Source of the DNA: an uncultured Lentisphaerales bacterium
Lineage (GTDB): Bacteria; Verrucomicrobiota; Lentisphaeria; JABSQK01; UBA12247
NCBI GenBank assembly: GCA_943788985.1
Contig: CALSSJ010000009.1
Location: 1 to 25,867 of the forward strand
Direction: 5' to 3'
DNA length: 25,867 nucleotides
Made by a program: the position numbers and the translations under genes. Below, one piece after another: positions 17,601 through 25,867 of the stretch (its first letter is position 1; every line of letters starts with the position of its first letter). The notes beneath the pieces are model-generated. The model worked only from the letters and a program-made list of their open reading frames with translations, had not been told where the DNA came from and did not search any database.

Positions 17601-19384
17601 CTGAGTTGTTTGCGAACGCTGCGCAACTGTGGCAAGGCTGCATCTGGCTCGAAGGGGGCCGCGGTGGCATCGCGAGATTGCTGCACCTCCGCCACAGCCG
17701 CCACCAACTGCTCTAGCTCAGCAACACGCTGCCAGTCCTCGGCCAGCACTGATTCTGGCTGCATGGCAAATCCTGCTGCTGCCGCACCCAGCAGTTCATC
17801 GCACGCCTTGCAAAGCTGATTCACCGCGTCGAGGCAGCGGACCTCGGGCACAGCCAGCGCCTTGGTCAGTTCGCTCTGTCGTTGCAGGCTGGCAGCGATG
17901 GTACGCAGCATCTCCTGTAGGTCCTGGCGCAATCGCGCCTCATCGTCTGGAAAGATTTCTGCCGGTTGGCAGTGCAGCCAGGGACTCTCCGGGACCCTGC
18001 CAATCAGGCCCATCATATCCGCCAGTTCGCCGACTGCCTGCCAGGTCTCCGCCCACTCAGTTGGCGTCAGGGTTTCCACACCATCAAACAGCAGTGCGGG
18101 TATCTCACGATTCTCAAAGTGCCGCCACGCCTGCGACAGGCGTGCAATCAAGTCATATGGCGCTTTTTGCAGCGGCTCGATCTGCTCATGCAGTGCATCT
18201 GCGTAGTCATTCAGTGCCAGCTTCAGGGCGTCCAGCCTGTCATGGTCACCCGCAATCTTCGGCACCGGTGGGGCCTCTGCTTCCAGCGCACTGCGGATCT
18301 GGTTTGCCACGTGCCGCTTGGTACTCTTCTGCGAGTGCAGCTCCAGGCAGGCACCGCCCAGACCCACCGCATCCAGACGCGACTTCACCACCTCCAGCGC
18401 CGCCATCTTCTCACTGACAAACAACACCGTCTTGCCCATCGCCAGCAACTCGGCGATGACATTGGTGATCGTCTGCGACTTGCCCGTACCCGGCGGGCCT
18501 TCCACCAGCACCGAGCGGCCGCGCTTGATCTCCTCGATCACCCGCTGCTGCGAGGGATCTGCATCCAGCACCTGAAACAGCTCCACGCTCGGTGTCTTGC
18601 GATCCAGCGCGTTCATATCCAGCGTCGATGGCTCAAAGGGGCGGCCTTCGCCCAGCAGGGCCTCGAGCATACCCGCTCCGGCCAGCGGGGTATCCTCTGG
18701 CCAGACGCCTTCCTCCAAATCCTTGTGCATGATAAACTTGGAGAAACTAAAAAAGCCAAGATCTACAGATGGCACCACCTCCCATGCCTCTTTGCTGGCC
18801 ACAGCTGCGGCCACAGCCGCGGCGTAGTGGGAGGGCAAAAACTCATCATCAGCTGGATCTATGTCTGGAATCTCGAGGCCCAAGGTTGCCAGCTTTGCCT
18901 TGAGCGAGATATTCGTCATCAGCTCTTCATCCGTCCAGCGCAGCTCATACTTGGCACCCACCTTCTTGCGGGCAAGCGTACAGGGCAGCATCACCAGCGG
19001 GGCAGAGCGCAGTACCTCATCCGTCTCCCGCTCCTTCCAGCGCAGCGTCCCCAACGCCAAAAACAACATCGTGCAGCCTTGCTCTTCAACTGCAGACGCC
19101 CCTTCCTTGGCAATTCGACTCAAGCGTCGTTCCAACGCCTCGGCCGTCAACTCTGTGGCCAGCGACACCAGCTTTTCGGCCGAGCTGCCCACGCCCTTCT
19201 CGCGAAAGCTCAGGGCCGATCCCGCGCCCACCAGCCGCGCGAAGATCGCATCCACGCAGGTATCCGCAATGCTCAGGCTACGCGTCTTCGACGGCCGATA
19301 ATTCAGCAGCGAATTGCGCAGCGACAGATCCAGCAACTGGTCGCGCAGCGAAGCCAGCTCCCGGGTGACAAGATCAGCGGCCAT
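14675..19384 (-). CDS. DUF4011 - SF1 (Upf1/DNA2-like) helicase - Vsr-like/MTES_1575 REase - DUF3320 protein (Hhe-like anti-phage protein), 1569 aa
   Basis: DUF4011 start LRDQLLDLSLRNSLLNY and LFLALGTLRW...APLVMLP. Helicase DADPSQ, VEGPPGTGKSQTITNVIA, VLFVSEKMAAL, FMMSPMSVAQYL, VIFDEASQ, MGDSKQLPPTSFF, HYRS, KNLETIQGDERD and RRLNVLFSRAR. Nuclease FDSGFEESV...PQVG...RIDLAI...AVECDG..YH...RDRLRQ..LE.MGW...RIWSTDW. C-terminal IVDIESPVH winged-helix-like region. RBS GAGGAGG. Confidence 0.9.
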   Translation of the reverse strand: MAADLVTRELASLRDQLLDLSLRNSLLNYRPSKTRSLSIADTCVDAIFARLVGAGSALSFREKGVGSSAEKLVSLATELTAEALERRLSRIAKEGASAVEEQGCTMLFLALGTLRWKERETDEVLRSAPLVMLPCTLARKKVGAKYELRWTDEELMTNISLKAKLATLGLEIPDIDPADDEFLPSHYAAAVAAAVASKEAWEVVPSVDLGFFSFSKFIMHKDLEEGVWPEDTPLAGAGMLEALLGEGRPFEPSTLDMNALDRKTPSVELFQVLDADPSQQRVIEEIKRGRSVLVEGPPGTGKSQTITNVIAELLAMGKTVLFVSEKMAALEVVKSRLDAVGLGGACLELHSQKSTKRHVANQIRSALEAEAPPVPKIAGDHDRLDALKLALNDYADALHEQIEPLQKAPYDLIARLSQAWRHFENREIPALLFDGVETLTPTEWAETWQAVGELADMMGLIGRVPESPWLHCQPAEIFPDDEARLRQDLQEMLRTIAASLQRQSELTKALAVPEVRCLDAVNQLCKACDELLGAAAAGFAMQPESVLAEDWQRVAELEQLVAAVAEVQQSRDATAAPFEPDAALPQLRSVRKQLSYYAKRWFRFMLPGFYACKKELRLLYREEPPTGLEQILTDLNACITHLEAAAVVTEHDASGRAAFGADWAAENSSVDALKAALVWAPRLREHLSAGRLTATAVQTTKADEAQTREQLDALYAPCQDFVEQLQRVFDVLKPDSSAIWQTDLNAVDFETLAAQLRLWTTSLPALARWSQFLPLRARVAATRAGFLLPLVDAGEVAPDDLQPLLEVTMTSALLKHVFQQRPVLRNFVTDSHTSRIQDFQLLDADVLTLNQLRAARKLFDERPVLAGDVRGSKAALLMEELKKKRKLKSPRRLISETASVLQAVKPCFMMSPMSVAQYLQPGAIDFDVVIFDEASQVRPQDGLGALARARQLVVMGDSKQLPPTSFFDRLSDSEDHEDDDEDDEIATMVAQLESVLAMCKGRVQEFSLLWHYRSQHESLIMVSNQESYNNTLRVFPAAAADDKNYGVHFHCIPDAVYDKGRSRQNRKEAEVVAQAVIAHYRKSPQTSLGVGTFSVAQKTAIEDAIDFALQDNPDLYEHFQSDQPDHFFVKNLETIQGDERDVIFVSVGYGKDSTGRVTASFGPVNQKGGERRLNVLFSRARQRCEVFCNFSSAELRVDESNAATPLGLRFLKVYLCWAENRVLRTIANNAKAFDSGFEESVYEFLTARGYEIVPQVGCEGFRIDLAIRDPRQPGNYCLAVECDGYRYHSSVTARERDRLRQGVLERMGWRVYRIWSTDWYRNRRDAEQRLLQAVKQAASAPLAQTGASALPPLRTKSEMIDADATRETTKSSDPYEGRVEPYDCYAEPIELGSLELHEVEAQQMARYLKAIVDIESPVHTDEVLRRLREACGISRAGRRIREAFAAGLGHGRDQAMFSQHSSFLWRAQERPVVIRKRDSDASPSSVHFAPEEIAEAICLVAEVSFGGSPPDVINRAAKLFGIQSVSKVTATDFQKAFDAALVAKRIRVDEDGLVHPCEPTHDELPGSAS

Positions 19385-19429
19385 CGGTCCTCCTCGCTGA
19401 GGCGGGTTCGGATGTCTGGTGTTTACCGA

Positions 19430-21502
19430 TCAATCCTCGCCTCCGAGTTGCTTTTCCAGCGACTGCCTCACGAGTCCGATCACGTACGGAACATCTTCGA
19501 TACTTGCCACGGCAACTTCTACATTACCATTTCCCCATCTTCCGATGTTAGTCACGTCCTTGCAGAGCCCACGCGGGTCGTCAATCTCCGGAAAGTCCAT
19601 GTTGATCGTCAGTCGAAGTCGTTTGGCCTGTGGAATTACGTCGACAAAATTGGTCTCTGCCTTGAAGGCGACGTAGAGCTTCAGGAACTCTTCGCAGACG
19701 CACTCGTCCAGTGCCAGCACTTCGTGGCGGAACGCATCGTAAAGCTGCTTCGGGAGGCCAGAATGAAGATAGGGATGGTCGTCGATCGAGTAGCTCGTCG
19801 AGGGCAAAGACTTCCCCTGGTAGGCCAGCAGAATATCGTCATGCAAACTAGGGGCTGACCAGATCTTCACAGCAACTTGTGCGAGCTTCTGAGCCCGGGC
19901 CAAAATAGCATCCTCATTCCACGTTATACACGCTCCGATCCCATGGTTGAGTTTAAGCGGGCTGTCTTTGAAGCCGCCGTCCATGTCGCGTTTCTCTACG
20001 AACGGACGATCGCTGTATTCCGAGTTGTAACCAGTGAGCGTCAAGTTCCCCAACGTGTGCAGATACTGTCCATGTACCCGCGCCCACTCCTCACCCAGTT
20101 CCGCCTGCCACAACACGCTGAGGTTGGGGTTCTGAGGCATGATGTGCTCGATGGTATACTCCTGGACGGGAACATGCTCTTTACGCCCATGATTCTCGAA
20201 GCGCCGGAGCCAATACGACCGACGGTTGAACTTATACAGATTGCGTTGCTTAAACATGCGGACGAACTCGTCGTCCTTGGGGAATCTTCGATACGATGGC
20301 AACAGCAAAAAGGTCGCCTTTACACTCTCCACATATCGATCCCGCTTTACCTGGCGCATGAAGGTGGCAAAGGTCTGGCGCAGAGAATTGGTCGGGATAT
20401 CACAGACTACACGCCGAAAAACGTAGCTTTCAACCATGCGTAGAACGGTGCAGAAGTCACCATGGCTGAGCGTGTCACGTGCGTAGTCGCGATACAACTC
20501 CATCAGCATTGGATAGCAGACGTCAGCCCGCAACTCGCGAATATCATGAAACGCCGTGGCCAGGGCCTTGTCCGTCTCTTTGCCCAGAGCAATGCGGCAG
20601 TAGTAGCTGGCAAATTCCTTGAGCGTGCCCAATAAGACCTCTACATCCAGCTGCCGAGAATATGCCTTGAACTCATCATAAACCTGGTCCTTGCGTATGC
20701 GAACGTTGCCAGTATGGATAACCAGGTAGAAGCGCATGAACTCATCAAATTGCTTGATGTAGCTCTCAGCGCCAAACTCTACTTCCATCGGGCGCCAGTA
20801 GTCATTGTACAGTCGGGTCTGCAAGTCGTGCTCGAGTCCCATCAGCACAAAGTTCCGAATCAGGTCGGCCTGTGTAAGCGCCTTGCCCGTCGAATTCATG
20901 CTTTCGAAGATCATCTGCGGGTTGTCCAACCCCTGCTGAAGGCACACATCAACAATCATCAGTTTTTTGATCCCCTTCCACACAACCATCAAGTCGGAGG
21001 CGGCTACTTGCTCTGCGAAGAAGGCGAAATTCTCGACGATACGGTGTGAGGCATCCGTGCCCGGCTCCTTGCCGTCGACCAGCGCCGCCAGCGTCTCCTT
21101 GTCTGTACGCGTGAGCATCACTCGATAGCCCGCATCTCCCTTGCCGTACCGGTTGCGCAGGAACAGGTCGTCAAGCTGCTCCGCCGAAATTGGCTCGTCC
21201 ACCTCTTCGGCCTTCAGGCGCCGTTGGAGGGCAATCAGCAATAACGTCAGCGTCGTGATACGCTGCTGGCCGTCGATCACCAGCCAGCGTGGGATTGCCG
21301 CGTCGACATTTGTTTCGGGGATGTAGACCGCCGAACCGATGAAGTGGCTGCTGAGGTCGGGACTGCTGCCGACTCGGATGATGTCCTGCCACAATTGCTC
21401 ACAGTGGCGAATCTCCCAGCTGTAGGTTCGCTGAAAAATCGGAATGACAAACTGCTTGGAGCCTTCCAGAAGTTGCGTGAGCGGTAGGTCTTGTGCTTTC
21501 AT
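19430..21502 (-). CDS. GmrSD-family type IV restriction nuclease (DUF262 + DUF1524/HNH + C-terminal DUF5655-like domain), 690 aa
   Basis: DUF262 motifs FVIPIFQRTYSW, HFIGS, VIDGQQRITT and IFESMNSTGKALTQADLIRN. HNH motifs TIEHIMPQ and LGNLTLTGYNSEYSDRPF. C-terminal KLYVAFKAETNFVDV...DDPRGLCKDVTNIGRWGNG. AGGA upstream of the ATG. Confidence 0.9.
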   Translation of the reverse strand: MKAQDLPLTQLLEGSKQFVIPIFQRTYSWEIRHCEQLWQDIIRVGSSPDLSSHFIGSAVYIPETNVDAAIPRWLVIDGQQRITTLTLLLIALQRRLKAEEVDEPISAEQLDDLFLRNRYGKGDAGYRVMLTRTDKETLAALVDGKEPGTDASHRIVENFAFFAEQVAASDLMVVWKGIKKLMIVDVCLQQGLDNPQMIFESMNSTGKALTQADLIRNFVLMGLEHDLQTRLYNDYWRPMEVEFGAESYIKQFDEFMRFYLVIHTGNVRIRKDQVYDEFKAYSRQLDVEVLLGTLKEFASYYCRIALGKETDKALATAFHDIRELRADVCYPMLMELYRDYARDTLSHGDFCTVLRMVESYVFRRVVCDIPTNSLRQTFATFMRQVKRDRYVESVKATFLLLPSYRRFPKDDEFVRMFKQRNLYKFNRRSYWLRRFENHGRKEHVPVQEYTIEHIMPQNPNLSVLWQAELGEEWARVHGQYLHTLGNLTLTGYNSEYSDRPFVEKRDMDGGFKDSPLKLNHGIGACITWNEDAILARAQKLAQVAVKIWSAPSLHDDILLAYQGKSLPSTSYSIDDHPYLHSGLPKQLYDAFRHEVLALDECVCEEFLKLYVAFKAETNFVDVIPQAKRLRLTINMDFPEIDDPRGLCKDVTNIGRWGNGNVEVAVASIEDVPYVIGLVRQSLEKQLGGED

Positions 21503-21536
21503 ACGTTCCTGGCCAATAACTGATCAGACGGTCGAT

Positions 21537-21654
21537 TCATTTGCTTGCGGTCCGGCGGCGTTGCGTTTTTTTTTTGGGCTTGGGCGTCGCGTTGTTGGCG
21601 GATGCGGGCTAGGAGGTCGCGTGCCGGTTCGTCACTGGGATCAGACTGGTGCAT
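21537..21654 (-). pseudogene. Remnant resembling the C-terminal tail of a type I R-M specificity subunit (HsdS)
   Basis: Translates as MHQSDPSDEPARDLLARIRQQRDAQAQKK, matching the QDPxDEPAxxLLxRIxxxR tail of many HsdS proteins. With A9 instead of A10 (21566-21575) it ends KKTQRRRTASK* at 21537. Confidence 0.65.
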
Positions 21655-23700
21655 TACTGGTATCTTCCTGGCGCAGGTAGGTGACGTAGAAGCTGCGGCA
21701 GGGGCGCAACTCTTGGACAGTGTGCTGGGGGTTGAAGCGGTCCTTGCTGTCGAAGGGCTGAAAAATATCCAACCCGCGGTCGAGAACGATCTTCCAGCCA
21801 GTATCGGTGCAGATGCTGCGCCCGTGCATCGTCTCGCAGTTGTCATACTTGTAGCTGAAATCGACTCCGCTTCCTTCCAGATTCGATACCAGTTGCATGA
21901 GTAGGCCATCTTGTGACTCAGGATGATCGTGATCAGAGGTTGTCAGCAGCGATACCTCGACATCCTCGCCATCTTCCTTGACCAGAAAGATCACTTCGAT
22001 CAACTCCATCAGATTGCGCACCTGGTGGAAGTTTCGCACGTAGGTGTCTGCAATCGTGATGCGGGTCGCGCCCCTGAAGTAGTCGGCAAACAGGCGGCGA
22101 AAGCTGATGCCGCGCTGGTTCTCGGCGATTTCCAGATGCTTACCAGACTCAAGAGCGGGCGTTTCGGGAGCGGCTGGGGACGGCTCCGCCGCAGCGGGCC
22201 TCGCCAGCACTCCCATCCGCGACCTGCAGCTCTTGAAAGAGCCCGGGGAACTGCCGCTCCTCCAGCATCTGTACGGGAACCGACTCGTCCTCGCCGGTGC
22301 GCGAGTAGGCGAAGTTCACCGGCGGATAAGTCTCGTCGATCTTGACCAGTTGGCTCTTCACCCGCTTGCGCCCTTCGACGGCAAATACCAGCAACTCTTC
22401 CATCTCCTCGCGGCTCGCATTCTCACCCGGAAACAGAATCTTGATCAGACCGGAGAAGGTCTTGTGAATGGCGTCGCGGTCGCGTGTCGAGATGTCGGAG
22501 TCGAGGGTGAAATGCGGCCTGTAGGCCTGAGAAAAGTCCTCGTTGCGCATCGTGCGCAGGATCTCGGCGAGGTAGTCGACGATGAAACCATAGCCGCTCG
22601 AGAACATCTCACCGCGAATGACATCGACCTCCCAGCCGGGCAGGTAAAAGTGCATGCGGTCGAGAAAGGCCGAGTCGTAGTAAGCCTCTGGGAGTTCATC
22701 AAAGAGGTCGCTGTGCTTAAGCATGTAGGCCAGCGAGCGTTTGGTGTTTCCCATGAATGCCATCGAGGCTTCTGCGCCTAAGGTCTCAATACCGCGCGAG
22801 AAGGTCTTGTTGGCCATGTAGTTTTTCATGATGTCCACCAGCGCCTTCTGCGCTTTCTTCTTCTTGCCGGCAAACTCGTCGAAGGCCACGACATCCCAGT
22901 AGCCCACCAAACCGATCTTGCCAGACGCATTGTTGACGAACAGCTTGGGCACTGTCACTTCGCCACCGGAGATCAGAATGCCGTGTGGTGAGAACTCCGA
23001 GTAGATGTGCGACTTACCCGTGCCTTTCGGCCCCAGTTCGATCATGTTGTAGTTGCGCTCGCAGTAGGGAATCAGACGAACGACCTGCAGCAGTTTGTTG
23101 CGGCGGCTGAGCATCTCGGGGTTGAAGCCCATGCTCTGCACCAGCACATCCAGCCACTCCTCGGCCGTAAACTGTGCGCGTGCCGCCAGATACTGCGCAG
23201 AGTCGAAGCCGGACATTTGAATCGGCTTCAGCGATGCCAGTTGCCACGGCACGTGACCCTTTTCCTCCGTGTGCTCATACTCCAGATCTGCCAGGCACCA
23301 GACGCCGCCAACCAGCAGCTTCGGGTGCTTCTTGATCGTCGTCGTCTCGACGATTACCTTCTTGATCCCAAGATTAGAAAAGCTGGCTTCGTAGGCATCA
23401 GAGGTTGTGTTCAGCTCTACGCTGATTTTGTCAATGACCTTGTGCCGCCCCCGCTCGCGGATGGTCGAGCGGATCAGACCAGCCTCGTTGCGCTGTACAA
23501 AGTGCTTCTTGAGAATCTCCTTGACGGTCTCGATCCCGGTCTGGATGCTGGCCTCATCGTTCGTGGCGCAGTACTGCCCCAGCAGGTATTCCAACACATA
23601 TGAGGGCACGATGGCATTGCCCTTTACAGTCTTCACCAGGTCCTTGCGGACGACGAGGCCCGGAGAAATGCTCGTTGATCTTATCGTCTAGTGCACTCAT
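21641..23700 (-). CDS. brxL: BrxL-family AAA+ ATPase with a C-terminal MIT_C/PLD(HKD)-like domain instead of a Lon protease domain; two frameshifts (near 23660 and 22197), about 685 aa when repaired
   Basis: True start at ATG 23700 (GAGGA RBS): MSALDDKINEHF(S/P)GLVVRKDLVKTVKGNAIVPSYVLEYLLGQYC after removing one base. Core ERNYNMIELGPKGTGKSH, WDVVAFDEFAG, MKNYMANKTFSRG, AFLDRMHFYLPGWE and FAVEGRKRVK. ORF 21641..22216 continues with ENQRGISFRRLF...DTYVRNFHQVRNL...HGRSICTDTGWKIVLDRGLDIFQ. Lies directly after pglZ. Confidence 0.9.
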
Positions 23701-23718
23701 GTCAGGGTATCCTCATGC

Positions 23719-25867
23719 TCAAAGGTCAAAGTCGCTGTTGAACGAGCGGCGCAGCGTATACACCGTGCTCTTGTAAGTCTGGTAATGGGTAGTGGCCGCG
23801 ACCTGTTCTTCCAGCCGCAGCGTCACGTCCTGATTATTGGCAGCCTCCGCTGCTCGGCTAAGCACAAAACGCAGCTTCAGCTCACGCTCACGCGGATTCT
23901 CGGATTCGTAGTCGAACAGCAACTCATGCTGATCAGAGATGAGAGTGCCGTCGGGGCTGTAGATGCCCGCCCGCAGGCGCCGAGGCTGGACCTTGTCCGT
24001 GGCCGGCTGGCGCTGATAAAAGGCCGCAGCCAGCTGCCCGGAGGTAATCAGTGATGACGTACCGGGGAGTATCTCGACATCGACCACATCGACGTCGTCA
24101 TGCCGCTTCTTGTGAATCTGTAGCACTGGAATGACCACTTCCTGCAAGGAGGCTCCGCCATGCACAAAGCGACTACCGGAACCGCGTAAGCGCATGCGGT
24201 TGATGGACTTGGATAGCTGTACCTCGAGCGCACCGCTCAGCCCCAGATCGCTGCTGCTGAACGCACGCAGCCCAGCCTGCGCCTCCAGCTCTTTGCCGAC
24301 GACGAAGCGCCGATCCTGCCAGAGAATCTGTTTGCCCTTTGCTTCACTGCTCGAGAAGTCACTTTCGGCCAGTGCGCGATGCTGGTAAATAAAGCCATGA
24401 TCGGCAGTGACCAGGATATTACTGGCGTTGGCCGCCGTCAGCTTTTTGACGATCCGGATGAGGTCTTGCAGGGCGTCTTCGACTGCCTCAAAGACGCGCT
24501 CCTCGGAATCTCGTTTGTCGCCAATGCTATCGATGCGGTTGTGGTAGATGTAGACCACGTCATGGTTGCTGAACAGCGCCCGATAGCCGTCCTCGCCATC
24601 GCGGGTCATCGCCAGCAGTTCGTCGGCCTGCACAGCCGCCGAGGCGGGGACGGTGGCGCGGAGAATCTTAGCCCGGGCCGCAGTGCCGACCGTGTTCATG
24701 CCGTCAGCCATCACCGTGGAGGTCTTGGCATCGGCAATTTCGAGCGTCTCGTGCGGCAGCAGCGCCGCCATGCCGAGCTGGGTATAGCTCGGCAACAGCG
24801 AGAGCATCGGCGACAGCTTCGCGTCGTAGCGGTTCTCCTGCCGAATCAGACTGACCAGCTCGTCGCCGATCTCATAGCGCATCGCGTCGGAGATGATCAC
24901 ACAGGCCTTCTGCTGCTTGTCGAGGAATGGCTTTACCTGCGTCGCGAAGAACTGGTCGGCACGCGTGACCCCCGGCACCTCCCAGTGGGACGCCTGGTCG
25001 ACGTAGGCCTGCCACTGATCGTTCAGCGCCAGCAGGTAGCGGTTCGAGTAATGGTTCTCGACTTCTTCTGCCAGCGCGCTCAACAGCGACTGCTGGCCGG
25101 AGGCCCGCAGGTGGTAGACAAACTTGCGGTATTGCTGATCCAGCACGTACCAGGTTTCGGCATAGCGACGAATGCCATCCTGCAGCGAGGTCGGTGTCAG
25201 AGAGCTGGCGTCAAGGGTGGCCAGAAAGTCGGAGGCCGCGCCCACCGCTTCGTAGACATCGCGATAGTGATCGTACCAGTGTCCCTGTCGGCGCTGACGA
25301 ATGATCTGCCCGCAATCCCCCGCAGACATCGTGCGCGCGGCGACCTGCCGCACCAGCTCGGACAGGATCTTGCGATCGACCAGCTCAAACAGATCGACAT
25401 GCGGTAGCACGCGCAAATCCAGCGCCTCCAGCACCGTTTCCAGGTTCAGCACATCCGCGGCCTGCTGCGACAGGATTTCGAAGTCGCCCCCGCGACGGCG
25501 GCTGTCCTTCCAACGCTTTAGAAAGACCTGTGCCTCGTTGTTCAGCTTCACCGTCCAGTCCGGGGCAGCCTTGTGTAGATCGGCATCCATGCCCAGGCAG
25601 GACTTGAACAGCTCGATTGCAAAGTCCGCAATGCCGGGAGCATCGGAGCGGTAGTCGTAGACGCGCTCCAGCTGCTCCCAGAGGAAGTCGGCCAGCCCGA
25701 AGCGTTCGATATCGGCCATCCTGTCGCCGCTGTTTTTGGCGCGTTCGGCGAGCAACGCCTCCAACACCGAATCGATGCGCGGCTCGCCAGTGGTGGTCAC
25801 GGCCAGCATCCGCAGGCGAATACGAGTGCGGGTATCGTCTTTGGCCAGTTTGGCTGCCAACTCGGTG
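23719..25867 (-). CDS. pglZ: BREX PglZ (BrxZ) alkaline-phosphatase-superfamily protein, type 1-like; 5' end lies outside the window
   Basis: Motifs VIISDAMRYEIG, LPSYTQLGMAALLPH, VYIYHNRIDSIGDK, LVTADHGFIYQ and RFVHGGASLQEVVIPV; C-terminus RRSFNSDFDL; frame open to the window edge; followed by brxL. Confidence 0.95.
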   Translation of the reverse strand, partial: TELAAKLAKDDTRTRIRLRMLAVTTTGEPRIDSVLEALLAERAKNSGDRMADIERFGLADFLWEQLERVYDYRSDAPGIADFAIELFKSCLGMDADLHKAAPDWTVKLNNEAQVFLKRWKDSRRRGGDFEILSQQAADVLNLETVLEALDLRVLPHVDLFELVDRKILSELVRQVAARTMSAGDCGQIIRQRRQGHWYDHYRDVYEAVGAASDFLATLDASSLTPTSLQDGIRRYAETWYVLDQQYRKFVYHLRASGQQSLLSALAEEVENHYSNRYLLALNDQWQAYVDQASHWEVPGVTRADQFFATQVKPFLDKQQKACVIISDAMRYEIGDELVSLIRQENRYDAKLSPMLSLLPSYTQLGMAALLPHETLEIADAKTSTVMADGMNTVGTAARAKILRATVPASAAVQADELLAMTRDGEDGYRALFSNHDVVYIYHNRIDSIGDKRDSEERVFEAVEDALQDLIRIVKKLTAANASNILVTADHGFIYQHRALAESDFSSSEAKGKQILWQDRRFVVGKELEAQAGLRAFSSSDLGLSGALEVQLSKSINRMRLRGSGSRFVHGGASLQEVVIPVLQIHKKRHDDVDVVDVEILPGTSSLITSGQLAAAFYQRQPATDKVQPRRLRAGIYSPDGTLISDQHELLFDYESENPRERELKLRFVLSRAAEAANNQDVTLRLEEQVAATTHYQTYKSTVYTLRRSFNSDFDL

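Noticed and set aside
17966..19858. 630-aa plus-strand ORF
   Set aside because: It lies antisense to the helicase and gmrSD genes, is rich in Q/R/H/L and has no motifs. This is a typical shadow ORF of GC-rich coding DNA, as are the other plus-strand ORFs such as 24379..25407.
21655..21909. N-terminal part of the 136-aa ORF 21499..21909 as a real gene
   Set aside because: It overlaps the BrxL C-terminal domain out of frame and has no recognisable features; only its HsdS-like tail is informative.
1013..22842. E. coli Chi octamer GCTGGTGG at 1013, 10821, 18502, 19228 and 22835
   Set aside because: They occur on both strands, those on the coding strand fit Leu-Val codon usage in GC-rich genes, and Chi is lineage-specific and unknown for this host.
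1..25867. CRISPR array, tRNA/rRNA, transposase or integrase
   Set aside because: I saw no regularly spaced short repeats, RNA gene signatures or recombinase motifs, and the intergenic spaces are short.

Overview
All supportable genes in this GC-rich bacterial window lie on the minus strand. In transcription order (right to left) they are: the 3' end of a type 1-like BREX locus (pglZ, then a brxL whose C-terminal Lon protease domain is replaced by a PLD/HKD-like MIT_C domain); a vestigial type I R-M hsdS C-terminal tail; a GmrSD-family (DUF262-DUF1524) nuclease; a 1569-aa DUF4011-SF1 helicase-Vsr-like nuclease-DUF3320 protein (Hhe-like); about 6 kb of accessory genes; and a translationally coupled recC-recB-recD operon that runs off the left edge. 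This is a defence island next to recCBD. The most unusual structure is a diverged ~190-bp direct repeat (11396-11585 and 14460-14649, about 70-75% identical by hand alignment). Both copies keep a sigma-54 GG-N10-GC motif, a putative RBS and the first six codons of a gene. The repeat brackets a 3064-bp unit holding an unknown protein and an N-formylglutamate amidohydrolase-DUF3293 fusion, a candidate cassette or uncharacterised system. About seven single-base frameshifts fall at short base runs (recB, recC, two in brxL, others) and are most simply sequencing or assembly errors. Family assignments come from motif recognition by eye, not database searches.
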